Origin: Actinomycetota bacterium | GTDB lineage: Bacteria; Actinomycetota; AC-67 | DNA: 64,000 bases | Assembly (NCBI GenBank): GCA_046712825.1 | Contig: JBKKCR010000084.1 | Coordinates: 2,492-66,491, forward strand | Reading direction: 5' to 3' | Shown: positions 54,007 to 62,391 of the stretch, piece by piece | Layout of the letters: each line of letters opens with the position of its first letter | How positions within the stretch are numbered: the stretch's first letter is position 1 | Translations under genes and position numbers: made by a program | Notes under the pieces: model-generated | The model's database searches: none | Told to the model about the DNA's origin: nothing | What the model saw: only the letters and a program-made list of their open reading frames with translations

Positions 54007-54774
54007 GTGCAGATGTCGATCGATCACATCGCTTCCTCGGGATTCCAGGCAGGAGCCGATGCATACGAGCGCGCGCGGCCCGGCTACCCACCCGCTGCGG
54101 TCGGCTGGCTCGTAGAGCGGCTACGGATCCGGCCAGATTCTCGGGTTGTGGACCTCGGGGCCGGAACCGGAAAGTTCACCGAGTTGCTCGTGCCGACCGG
54201 CGCTCGCCTGATCGCGCTCGAGCCGGTGGATGCCATGCGCGCGAAGCTCGCCGCGCTGCTGCCCACGGTCACGACCGTGGCCGGTGATGCCGAAGCGATC
54301 CCGCTCGCATCGGGAGCGGCCCGCGCGGTGGTCGCGGCTCAGGCGTTCCATTGGTTCGACGCACCGCGCGCGCTCGCTGAGATCCATCGCGTGCTCGAGC
54401 CCGGCGGCGGTCTGGGGCTCGTGTGGAACGCACGCGACACCTCAGTCGATTGGGTCCGCGAGATGGCCGCGATCGTCGATGAGTACGGTGACGCGATCCG
54501 CCGCCACGAATCGGGGGAGTGGCGAGCCGCGTTCCCCGCGCCCGGCTTCGGACCGCTGGAGGATCGTTCCTTCCCGAACGTGCAGCCGATCGAGCCGGAC
54601 GGGGTTGTGGAGCGCGTTGCGTCCACAAGCTTCATCGCACGGCTTCCGGACGACGAACGAGCGCAGATCCTCGAGCGCATCCGGACGTTGATAGGATCTC
54701 ACCCGCAGACGAAGGGCCGAACGCACATCGACTTCCCGCACACGACGCGCGTCTACGTGTGCGAACGGACCTAG
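54007..54774 (+). CDS. class I SAM-dependent methyltransferase
   Basis: Motif I VVDLGAGTGKFT, acidic post-I loop (IALEP) and motif II (AVVAAQAFHWF). Confidence 0.8.
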   Translation: MQMSIDHIASSGFQAGADAYERARPGYPPAAVGWLVERLRIRPDSRVVDLGAGTGKFTELLVPTGARLIALEPVDAMRAKLAALLPTVTTVAGDAEAIPLASGAARAVVAAQAFHWFDAPRALAEIHRVLEPGGGLGLVWNARDTSVDWVREMAAIVDEYGDAIRRHESGEWRAAFPAPGFGPLEDRSFPNVQPIEPDGVVERVASTSFIARLPDDERAQILERIRTLIGSHPQTKGRTHIDFPHTTRVYVCERT

Positions 54775-55619
54775 AGCTCGATCTCCATCCCCTCATACGC
54801 CAGGACAGGGCCCCCGCCGTTGCCGTTCGCGCCCCAGAGCTCTCCCGCCCTCGAGACGAGCGCCTCGAGGTGGCCGTCGGAGTGGAGCGGGTCGTGGTGG
54901 AACATAACGAGCTGCTTCACCTTCGACACGAGACCGAACGTGACGACGTGCTCCACGCTCGAGTGTCCCCAGCCGACGCGGTCGGCGTATTCCTCCGGCG
55001 TGTACTGCGCGTCGTGGAACAGCACGTCGGCGCCTTCCGCCACGCCGTGTCCGGAGATCCACTCGGGCTCCATCTCTGCGAGGTCCACGCCGAGCGCTGG
55101 TTCGTGGTCGGGGAGATAGGCCAACGTTTTGCCGTTTTCCGTGATGCGGTAGCCGACCGTCGGTCCGCGGTGAGAGATCGGTTGAGCTCGGACCGTCGCA
55201 CCGCCGATCGTGAACTCACCGTCGGGGACGTCGTGGAACTGCGGATGCGACGGGATGTCGGACAGATGCACAGGGAAGAGCGGTGGGGAGAGGTAGCGCG
55301 CGATCCGTTGCTCGAGCGAGCGCAGCGGCGACGGCGGCCCCCACACATGCAGTTCCACGTCGGGGCGCCACAGCGGCGAGAAGAATCCAAGCCCCTCGAG
55401 ATGATCCAAGTGCAGATGCGAAAGGAACAGGTGGATCGTCTTGTCGCGGTCGGGGTCGAGCGAGAGTCCGAACGGGCGGATGCCGGTGCCGGCGTCGAGC
55501 ACCAAGAGCGTGCCGTCCGACAGTCTCACTTCCATACAGGAGGTGTTGCCGCCGTACCGGATCGTCTCCGGCCCAGGCGAAGCGAGCGATCCCCGGCACC
55601 CCCAGATCCGCGCGTGCAT
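54771..55619 (-). CDS. MBL-fold metallo-hydrolase (RNase BN/PhnP-like)
   Basis: HLHLDH (HxHxDH) motif and downstream His/Asp ligands. The N-terminal extension is discarded. Confidence 0.75.
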   Translation of the reverse strand: MHARIWGCRGSLASPGPETIRYGGNTSCMEVRLSDGTLLVLDAGTGIRPFGLSLDPDRDKTIHLFLSHLHLDHLEGLGFFSPLWRPDVELHVWGPPSPLRSLEQRIARYLSPPLFPVHLSDIPSHPQFHDVPDGEFTIGGATVRAQPISHRGPTVGYRITENGKTLAYLPDHEPALGVDLAEMEPEWISGHGVAEGADVLFHDAQYTPEEYADRVGWGHSSVEHVVTFGLVSKVKQLVMFHHDPLHSDGHLEALVSRAGELWGANGNGGGPVLAYEGMEIEL

Positions 55620-55621
55620 CC

Positions 55622-56035
55622 TTACGCCGATCCCTGCGGCTTCTGTTCCCAGAAGATCGCGACGGCGCCGACGAACTCGTTCGCCCTCGCGAAGAGCGGG
55701 AACGCGGTGACGGCTATCTTTCGCTTCTCGTCGTCGAGCCCCGTGATGGTGAACTCCATGTGTCCGGGCTCGAGGTCGCGCATCACCTTCGCAAGGGGAA
55801 GCACGTCGAGTGGGATGGACTCGTCGTTCTCGTCCACCGGCGAGAACATGGTTCCCCATTCCTCGGGAGACAAGGGGCCGGTCTCGGCGAAGCTCCGTCC
55901 GAGGACGTGCTCGGCCGGCTCATTGAAGAAGATGAGGTTCCCCGCCGGGTCGACGACGAACATCGGCGTCGCCGAGTTCGAGGCAAGCTCCCGAGCGAGG
56001 ATCAGAACGAGGTTTCGCTGCTGTGTCTTCTCCAC
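55622..56035 (-). CDS. stand-alone PAS domain protein
   Basis: PAS-like sequence (ATPMFVVDPAGNLIFFNEPAEHVLGRSFAE...). 2 bp downstream of the MBL gene start. Confidence 0.6.
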   Translation of the reverse strand: MEKTQQRNLVLILARELASNSATPMFVVDPAGNLIFFNEPAEHVLGRSFAETGPLSPEEWGTMFSPVDENDESIPLDVLPLAKVMRDLEPGHMEFTITGLDDEKRKIAVTAFPLFARANEFVGAVAIFWEQKPQGSA

Positions 56036-56264
56036 AAGGCGGCGAGCCTATCGCGCCGCCCGGCTGCAGAACAAGGTTCCTGCCCTGGTCGCGGGGGGTT
56101 TGGCTAAAAGGGGCGGATCGGTTTTGTGGCGCGGCATATAACTCGGGACGTTCGGGTAAATCTGCTGATAAGGAACCGGGCGACGACGGACGAAGGGTGT
56201 TCATCGCGCCTACCATGAGGTTTGCCCCAAAAGGGGCGACCGACTCGGAGGGTGGGGGTCCAGG

Positions 56265-57128
56265 ATGAAGGGTTCTCGCAAGTTCGCGGTCGCGCTCGCA
56301 GCAGCAGCTTTGGCCACGATGATCGTGGCGCCGGCGGTATCCAACGCGGGCCTGCTCGGCAAGAGCATCCAATGGAAGACGCTCAAAGCGCCGGCTCCGT
56401 CGTGGTACACGGACGCGCTGCATCAGAAGGTGCTCGCCGCCGGGCCGCGCGGCGTGCCGGTGCCCGCCGAAGCAGCGATCCCGGCGTCCTCGCTGACCTT
56501 CCTCGGGATCCGGCCCGGCCAGCTGATCATCCTCAGCGGTGGCTCTCTTTGCACATCGAACTTCGTGTTCACCAACGGCGCTGGTGAATATTTCATCGGC
56601 ACCGCGGGTCACTGCGGAAACGTGGGCGAGCAGGTCACGATGCTGTATCTCCCCGGTGGTTTGGTCAACATCGGCAACGTCATCCTGAGCACCGGCGACG
56701 CGGGGATCGGTAACGACTTCGCGCTCATCAAGATCAAGCCGGAGCTGTACGGCGACGTGAGCCCGTCGCTCGCGTACTGGGGCGGACCGACCGGCGTGTA
56801 CGGCGGCACCGGTCCCGCGGTTGTTCAGCACGCGGGCTGGGGTCTCGTTGTCGGCACCGGTGGAACACCGCGCGTGGGGCTCGGCCTCGACTGGGGGCCG
56901 AACGCGTGGCGATTCGAAGGCGTGATCACGCCGGGCGACTCGGGGAGCGGCGCGATCGTCCTCGGTGGACAGGCGGCCGGGAACATCACGCACATCGCCG
57001 TCGACGGCAGTCAGTTCCCGCCGGCGTTCATGACCGGTACGTCGATGACGAAGATCTTGCAGATCGCCGGCGGATACCAGCTCGCAACGTGCTCGGCCAT
57101 CCCGTGGCCGTTGCCGGGCTGTCCATAG
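56265..57128 (+). CDS. secreted chymotrypsin-fold (S1) serine protease, paralog 1
   Basis: Signal peptide. Catalytic triad contexts TAGHCGN (His), NDFALI (Asp), GDSGSG (Ser). Conserved Cys pairs. Confidence 0.8.
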   Translation: MKGSRKFAVALAAAALATMIVAPAVSNAGLLGKSIQWKTLKAPAPSWYTDALHQKVLAAGPRGVPVPAEAAIPASSLTFLGIRPGQLIILSGGSLCTSNFVFTNGAGEYFIGTAGHCGNVGEQVTMLYLPGGLVNIGNVILSTGDAGIGNDFALIKIKPELYGDVSPSLAYWGGPTGVYGGTGPAVVQHAGWGLVVGTGGTPRVGLGLDWGPNAWRFEGVITPGDSGSGAIVLGGQAAGNITHIAVDGSQFPPAFMTGTSMTKILQIAGGYQLATCSAIPWPLPGCP

Positions 57129-57146
57129 TCCGACCGCGAAACGTGA

Positions 57147-57171
57147 GAAGGGGGCGCTCAGCGCCCCCTTC
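57147..57171. terminator. hairpin terminator after protease paralog 1
   Basis: gaagggggcgc tca gcgcccccttc, an 11-bp perfect stem. Confidence 0.5.
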
Positions 57172-57255
57172 CTCGTATCCACAAGGGGAGGACTTCGGGG
57201 AGCGCGGGGCGAAGTAAGGATTGGAACGAAATCCAATGCTTCGGGAGGATCCCTC

Positions 57256-58098
57256 ATGAAGATCGCTCGCCTCGCTTTCGTCGCCGCTCTGGCAACTGCG
57301 CTGGCCGCGCCGGGGATGGGAAGCACCGCTCCGGCTCTGAAAGCCATCCCGCTCTCCGCGCCTGCCCCGTCCTGGTACACGCCCGATCTTCACGCCAAGG
57401 TGCTGGCCTCGGGTGTGGAAGGCGTCGCGCTGCCGGAGTCGGTCACGGTTCCGACGGCGGGGATCGCGTTCCTTGGGATCCGGCCCGGGCAGTTCATCAT
57501 CGTCGGCGGCGGCTCGTTGTGCAGCACGAACTTCGTGTTCCGCAACGGCGCCAACTGGGCGATCGGCACCGCGGGTCACTGCGGCAACGTCGGCGAGCAG
57601 GTGACGATGCTCGCGCTACCGCGCGTTCTGCTCAACATCGGAACCATCACCAAGAGCGTCAACGGCGGACCCGGGAACGACTTCGCGCTGATCTCGATCA
57701 ACCCGGCGCTGAACAGTCTCGTGAGCCCGTCGATGGCCTTCTGGGGCGGCCCGACCGCTAATTATCCCGGGCCGAACGCCCCGCTCCTCGTCCGTCACGT
57801 CGGCTGGGGCGCCGGTATCGGGGCCGGCGGCACGCCGCGTGTCGGTGTCGGCATCGCCTGGTCACCCACGATTTGGCGGTTCTCCGGCGTGATCGTCAAC
57901 GGTGACTCGGGGAGCGGCGCGATCAACGAGAAGAGTAAAGCGATCGGGAACATCACCCACATCCAGGTCGACACGAGGTTCTTGCTCCCGGTGTTCAACA
58001 GTGGAACTGCGATGCCGCGCATCTTGGCGATCGCCGGCCTTCCGCTTGCGACGTGCGGGCCGAGCCCGTGGCCGCTCTACGGCTGTCCAGGCCAGTAG
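57256..58098 (+). CDS. secreted chymotrypsin-fold (S1) serine protease, paralog 2
   Basis: Roughly half of residues identical to paralog 1 by eye (LGIRPGQ.II..GGSLC.TNFVF.NGA...IGTAGHCGNVGEQVTML, GNDFALI, GDSGSGAI, GNITHI). Confidence 0.8.
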   Translation: MKIARLAFVAALATALAAPGMGSTAPALKAIPLSAPAPSWYTPDLHAKVLASGVEGVALPESVTVPTAGIAFLGIRPGQFIIVGGGSLCSTNFVFRNGANWAIGTAGHCGNVGEQVTMLALPRVLLNIGTITKSVNGGPGNDFALISINPALNSLVSPSMAFWGGPTANYPGPNAPLLVRHVGWGAGIGAGGTPRVGVGIAWSPTIWRFSGVIVNGDSGSGAINEKSKAIGNITHIQVDTRFLLPVFNSGTAMPRILAIAGLPLATCGPSPWPLYGCPGQ

Positions 58099-58141
58099 CG
58101 GACGCGCAGCAGTACGAGGGCTTGCCGGGAATCGAAGCGGC

Positions 58142-59338
58142 TCAGCCGATCAGCGGAAGCAGCGGGTGATCGGCGCCGATGATCGGGCCGGGGTCGACGC
58201 CGAATGCCTGCGACAGAACGCTGCTGTAGACGCTGCCGAGGTGGATGGTCGGCTCGAGGTTGCCGTCGACCAGGGCGGTGAGGTCCGGCTTGGCGCCGTA
58301 TGAGCCGCCGAGCACCCGCGGCCCCATCACGAGGACCGGCATCGACGAGCCGTGGTCGGTGCCGCCGGAGGCGTTCTCGCCGACGCGCCTGCCGAAGTCC
58401 GAGAACGTCACCACGGTTGCGCGATCGGCGATCCCGAGGGTGCCGGCCATGTCGAAGAAGGCCGCGATCGCGGTATCGACTTCCTTCAGTTGCGCCGCGT
58501 GCGCGCCCCGCTGCGTGGTGTGTGTGTCGAAGCCGCCGACCGAGATGAACCCGATCTGGGTTCCGACACCGGCAGCGAACATCTGAGCGATCGTCTTCGC
58601 GGGCGTCATCGGGCCGGCAACGTCGTCGGCAACCTTCGACACCGCCGAGACGGCGTTCGTCATTCGGCTCTGCGCCTCGATGACCTTCGCGTGCATCGAG
58701 CCGTCGGACGATCCCGCCCCGAACGCGGCGAACGCCGCCCGCCGGAGCGCGGCATCGGGCCGGCCCTCGTCGGCGAAGGCGAAATCCGACAGGCTGTTGA
58801 GCGCGACGCCTCCGCCGGCTTCACCGATCAGGGTGCGCGGCAGCCCGGCGGTTCCCACCGCGACGGCGCGCACCGGCCCGTTCGAGGCGCCGTCGGTCGC
58901 GTCGAGATACCGGCCGAGCCAGCCCGTGTGGTACTGCATATCGGGGCCGGCCGTCTCCCAGATGTAGGTTGAGTCGAAGTGCGAGAAGTTCGGCTTCGGA
59001 TAGCCGACGTTGTGCACTATGGCGACTTGGCCCGCGCTCCACATCGCGCTGACTCGCGCCAGCGACTTGTGTAGCGCGAGCCCGCCGCCGATCCCGTACA
59101 GCTCGTCCGGCTTAAGCGCGAGCTGCGGCCGCGCGGCCTTGTACGCGCCGTCGAGATACGGTACGACCGTGTTCAGCCCGTCGTTCCCGCCGCCCAAGAA
59201 GAGCACGAGCAGCAGATGGTCCGGGATCGGGACGGACCCTCCCTCGGCGGCTTCCGCACCGATCGCACTGAACCGCACCCAGAGGGGAGCCGACGAGGCC
59301 AGCGCGACGGCCTTGAGGAATTCCCGGCGGTTCATCAT
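58142..59338 (-). CDS. DUF1501 family protein (sulfatase-like fold) with twin-arginine signal
   Basis: MMNRREFLKAVALASSAP Tat motif and DUF1501-typical GGxDxxN / GxDHG (GGTDHG) motifs. Confidence 0.85.
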   Translation of the reverse strand: MMNRREFLKAVALASSAPLWVRFSAIGAEAAEGGSVPIPDHLLLVLFLGGGNDGLNTVVPYLDGAYKAARPQLALKPDELYGIGGGLALHKSLARVSAMWSAGQVAIVHNVGYPKPNFSHFDSTYIWETAGPDMQYHTGWLGRYLDATDGASNGPVRAVAVGTAGLPRTLIGEAGGGVALNSLSDFAFADEGRPDAALRRAAFAAFGAGSSDGSMHAKVIEAQSRMTNAVSAVSKVADDVAGPMTPAKTIAQMFAAGVGTQIGFISVGGFDTHTTQRGAHAAQLKEVDTAIAAFFDMAGTLGIADRATVVTFSDFGRRVGENASGGTDHGSSMPVLVMGPRVLGGSYGAKPDLTALVDGNLEPTIHLGSVYSSVLSQAFGVDPGPIIGADHPLLPLIG

Positions 59339-60690
59339 GCGAGTGAGAAGTCTGGGCTCGCGAGGACCAAGGTGATCATCGCGGCGTCGAGGGTCTGCGG
59401 CGTCGGGTCCTTCGCCTGATCGAGGTAGTTCTGCAATGCGGTCGCCGTCGCCGGCGCGAGTTCGGTCATCCCGAAGACCTCGCCCCACGCTTTGACCGTC
59501 GTCCCTCTGATCGCGGTTTGCCCCGGCAGAACGAACGCCGCGACGTGCCGGTCGGCGAGCGCGTTCCCGGCGTTGTAGCGGGCAAGCACCTGCCCGGCGC
59601 CGAGCCATCCCTCGTTGTGCGGCCAGCCGCCGACGTTGGGGGGGTCGTACAGCGCCTGTCCGGCCTGGCTCATCCATGCGATCGCCGCTTGCAGGAGGTC
59701 GTTCTCGGTGCGGCCGAGGGCGCGGAACGCGCCGGTCATGAACTCGGCGGGGGACTTCACCAGCGCGCCCCGGACCGCCGGGTCCTTGAACTCCGCGGAT
59801 GTGAAGATCGCTCGCAGGGCCGGGACGAGCTCCCAGTTGTCCGCCTTCAACGACGACGCGATCTTGCCGACGAACGCGGACGAGGGAGCGGGCGTCACGA
59901 ACGTTTCGATGAGCTTCTGAGCGAGGAACGTGGATGCCGCGGGGTGGTCCAGGATGATGTTGATCACGTCGTGGGGCATGAACTTGCCCGTCTTCCCGAG
60001 GATCGTCTTCGTGCCGTCGTCGTGAAGCTCGGCGTTGAAGACCATGATGTTCCGCGGCCCGCGCGGCTCGAGGTTGTACCCGATCTGATAGCCGGTCAGC
60101 GCTCGCGCAGCTTCGCGGACATCCGTCTCCGTGTAGTTCCCGACCCCGAGCGTGAACAACTCCATCAGCTCCCGCGCGAGGTTCTCGTTCGGGTGCTCCT
60201 TCACGTTGACGTTGTTGTCGAGCCACGCCGAGAGCGCCACGTCCTCGAGCATCGCGTGGCAGAGCGTCTTCCAGTTGCCGAGCGCGTTCCGCCGGAACAG
60301 GTGGTTCTGAGCAGTGAGCTCCTGCGTGTCGACGATGTCGCCCGGCCGGTAGGCCGTCGCGAAATGATCGTGGAGGAAGAGGGTCATCCGCTCGACCAGC
60401 GGCGTGGTCGACGTCACCATCCGATTCAACCACTCGGTCTGGATGTCGAGCAGCCCGCGAGGCGCCAGGCGTCCGACGAGGTTGTACGCCGGCTCTTGAA
60501 CGGTTCCGGTGGCTTCCGGCAACGACGCCTGCTGGCCCATGAGTGGCTCGCCGGAGAGGAGCTCCTCCACGGCGGTGTCGTATCCGGCGGCCTGATAGTG
60601 GTCGAGCTCGGCCGCGCGCGCCGCGAAACCGGCGCGGCGGAACAGGTGGGCGATAAGCGGGCGGACCTCCCCGGCCAAGCCAACCCCCAA
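59335..60690 (-). CDS. DUF1800 family protein
   Basis: Partner of DUF1501, overlapping by 4 bp. Typical DUF1800 segments (MTLFLHDHFAT, LMELFTLGVGNYTE). Confidence 0.8.
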   Translation of the reverse strand: MGVGLAGEVRPLIAHLFRRAGFAARAAELDHYQAAGYDTAVEELLSGEPLMGQQASLPEATGTVQEPAYNLVGRLAPRGLLDIQTEWLNRMVTSTTPLVERMTLFLHDHFATAYRPGDIVDTQELTAQNHLFRRNALGNWKTLCHAMLEDVALSAWLDNNVNVKEHPNENLARELMELFTLGVGNYTETDVREAARALTGYQIGYNLEPRGPRNIMVFNAELHDDGTKTILGKTGKFMPHDVINIILDHPAASTFLAQKLIETFVTPAPSSAFVGKIASSLKADNWELVPALRAIFTSAEFKDPAVRGALVKSPAEFMTGAFRALGRTENDLLQAAIAWMSQAGQALYDPPNVGGWPHNEGWLGAGQVLARYNAGNALADRHVAAFVLPGQTAIRGTTVKAWGEVFGMTELAPATATALQNYLDQAKDPTPQTLDAAMITLVLASPDFSLA

Positions 60691-60848
60691 CTCGAACGCG
60701 TCCGGCTTGCTTCGCCTGAGGGCAGGAGGAATCCTGCCGGGGGCGCAAAGGACAAACTAGGACGATATGTCGATGCATCAGCGCCAGAATCGCTCGAATC
60801 GCCCGGGACCGGGAGGTGTGAGTACCTCGCTCGCCGAAACGCTGGACG

Positions 60849-61553
60849 ATGCGACGCGGGTACACGCGACGAGGGTTCTTGTCGGCCGCCGCCAAGGCGG
60901 GCGCCGCGGGCGCGACGGTTGCGTCCATCCCTTTGAGCGCCGTCTCCCTCAAGGCTCAGCCCGCCCAGCCCGTTCTCGTCCCGGCTCAGCGGGCGACCCT
61001 CGACGCGGCGCTGGCGCGCATGATCCCCGCGGATGGTCCCGACGACTGGTCGGCGGCGGATCTCGGCGCCGGCGACTACATAGAGCGTCTTCTCTCCGGC
61101 GACGGCGACATCTACGCCGGCGGTCCGACCCGCGAGAGCTTCCCTGCCTTCCCGCCGCTGACGCGCGCGAAGGAGATGGGCTGGGCGGCCGAGGTTGACC
61201 GTCTGCGCATCGTCTACGCCGAAGGTCTCGCGGAACTCGACCGGCGCGCCGGCGGCTCGTTCGCCGACGCTTCGGAACCGATCCAAGATCTCGTCCTGAC
61301 CACGCTCGACCTCGAGGGGTCGGCGTTCTTCGCCGCCCTGTACGCTCACACGATGGAAGCGGTTTACGGGCATCCCGTCTACGGCGGCAACCAGGGGTAT
61401 CGCTCCTGGAAGGATCTCTGCTATCAGGGGGACGTGCACGGCGTGCGCTTCCCGTCGACCGGAAGCGAGGGAGCCTGGAACCTGTACGGCGGGTACGCGC
61501 CCGAGGAGATGATCGGGGCCGGCACGTGCCCGGGTCAGGGGCCGGTCGAATGA
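60849..61553 (+). CDS. gluconate 2-dehydrogenase subunit 3 family protein (Tat-signal small subunit of a GMC oxidoreductase complex)
   Basis: Tat motif RRGFLSAAA. Family-typical RMIPAD and YGGN segments. Its stop overlaps the next start (ATGA). Confidence 0.7.
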   Translation: MRRGYTRRGFLSAAAKAGAAGATVASIPLSAVSLKAQPAQPVLVPAQRATLDAALARMIPADGPDDWSAADLGAGDYIERLLSGDGDIYAGGPTRESFPAFPPLTRAKEMGWAAEVDRLRIVYAEGLAELDRRAGGSFADASEPIQDLVLTTLDLEGSAFFAALYAHTMEAVYGHPVYGGNQGYRSWKDLCYQGDVHGVRFPSTGSEGAWNLYGGYAPEEMIGAGTCPGQGPVE

Positions 61554-62389
61554 GACGCGCCGTGCTGGCATGTGCGGCCCTGGTGCTCGCCGCCTCGGTC
61601 GCGTCCGCGGACGACTTCCCCGCCACGCCGATAACGCAAAGCCCTATGGGGCCCCTCATCGACGTCACCGATACCTGGGTCGATTACCAGCCGGCGGAGG
61701 CGTTCTGCGTCAGACCCGACGTGTTCCAGTTCACCGGAATCGGGCCGACCGTCAACGGCGACGACCCCGACTGCGCTCTCTCCGGCTTCGCCCCGGCGGA
61801 CACCGGCCTGGTGAAGATCGAGATCGTCACGCCGCCGCTGTGCAACGGCTGCCGGCGGCTGTTCCTCGACTATTCGCAGATCCCGGCGAACGAGCCGTCG
61901 GTCCGTTACGCGCACGGGCATTCGTACTTCCACTATGGGTCGCTCAACCCGACCTACACGGTCGAGCCCATCGCGCACAGTCCCAACGTCAAGAACTTCT
62001 CCAACGACAAAGCGGTCGTCTCCGAGGGTTCCGTTCAGGAGCCGCTGGTGTGGGCGTTCGATAGTTACAACCGCACCTTCACAGGCAACACGGCGCACTT
62101 CGTGCACTCCGATGTCCAGGGACCGTACTACACGGGCCCGTGGTACGTGAACGCGTCCGGCCAGCGGATCATCGGCTCGTACCTCGACGTTACCGTGGCG
62201 GGCTTTGGTCCCCTGCCGGGCGACCACCGGCTCAACGAGATCGCATACGTCGCCGCGTTCCACTCCGGTGAGCCGACCTGCCCCGACGAGCTCATCGGCG
62301 GCGGCGCGTACGCCGACGGCGACGCGTTCTACGGCGGCTGCATCGACGGATTCGGCGCCGGTCGCGAAGTCATAGACCCGTTCGCCTAG
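61550..62389 (+). CDS. secreted Cys- and His-rich hypothetical protein (279 aa) inserted between dehydrogenase subunits
   Basis: Signal peptide MRRAVLACAALVLAASVASA, 8 Cys, and His clusters (YAHGHSYFHYG, HFVHSD). No family recognised. Confidence 0.6.
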   Translation: MRRAVLACAALVLAASVASADDFPATPITQSPMGPLIDVTDTWVDYQPAEAFCVRPDVFQFTGIGPTVNGDDPDCALSGFAPADTGLVKIEIVTPPLCNGCRRLFLDYSQIPANEPSVRYAHGHSYFHYGSLNPTYTVEPIAHSPNVKNFSNDKAVVSEGSVQEPLVWAFDSYNRTFTGNTAHFVHSDVQGPYYTGPWYVNASGQRIIGSYLDVTVAGFGPLPGDHRLNEIAYVAAFHSGEPTCPDELIGGGAYADGDAFYGGCIDGFGAGREVIDPFA

Positions 62390-62391
62390 CG

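Larger units (their letters stand above)
56265..58098 (+). repeat. tandem gene duplication (two S1 protease paralogs)
   Basis: Same domain order, shared motifs and same orientation, separated by 127 bp. Confidence 0.7.

Noticed and set aside
58142-60952. 936-aa composite minus-strand ORF
   Set aside because: It is a read-through frame. The real genes are DUF1501 (58142-59338, same frame, starting at MMNRREFLK) and DUF1800 (59335-60690, a different frame). The upstream 540 codons are Arg-rich artefact.
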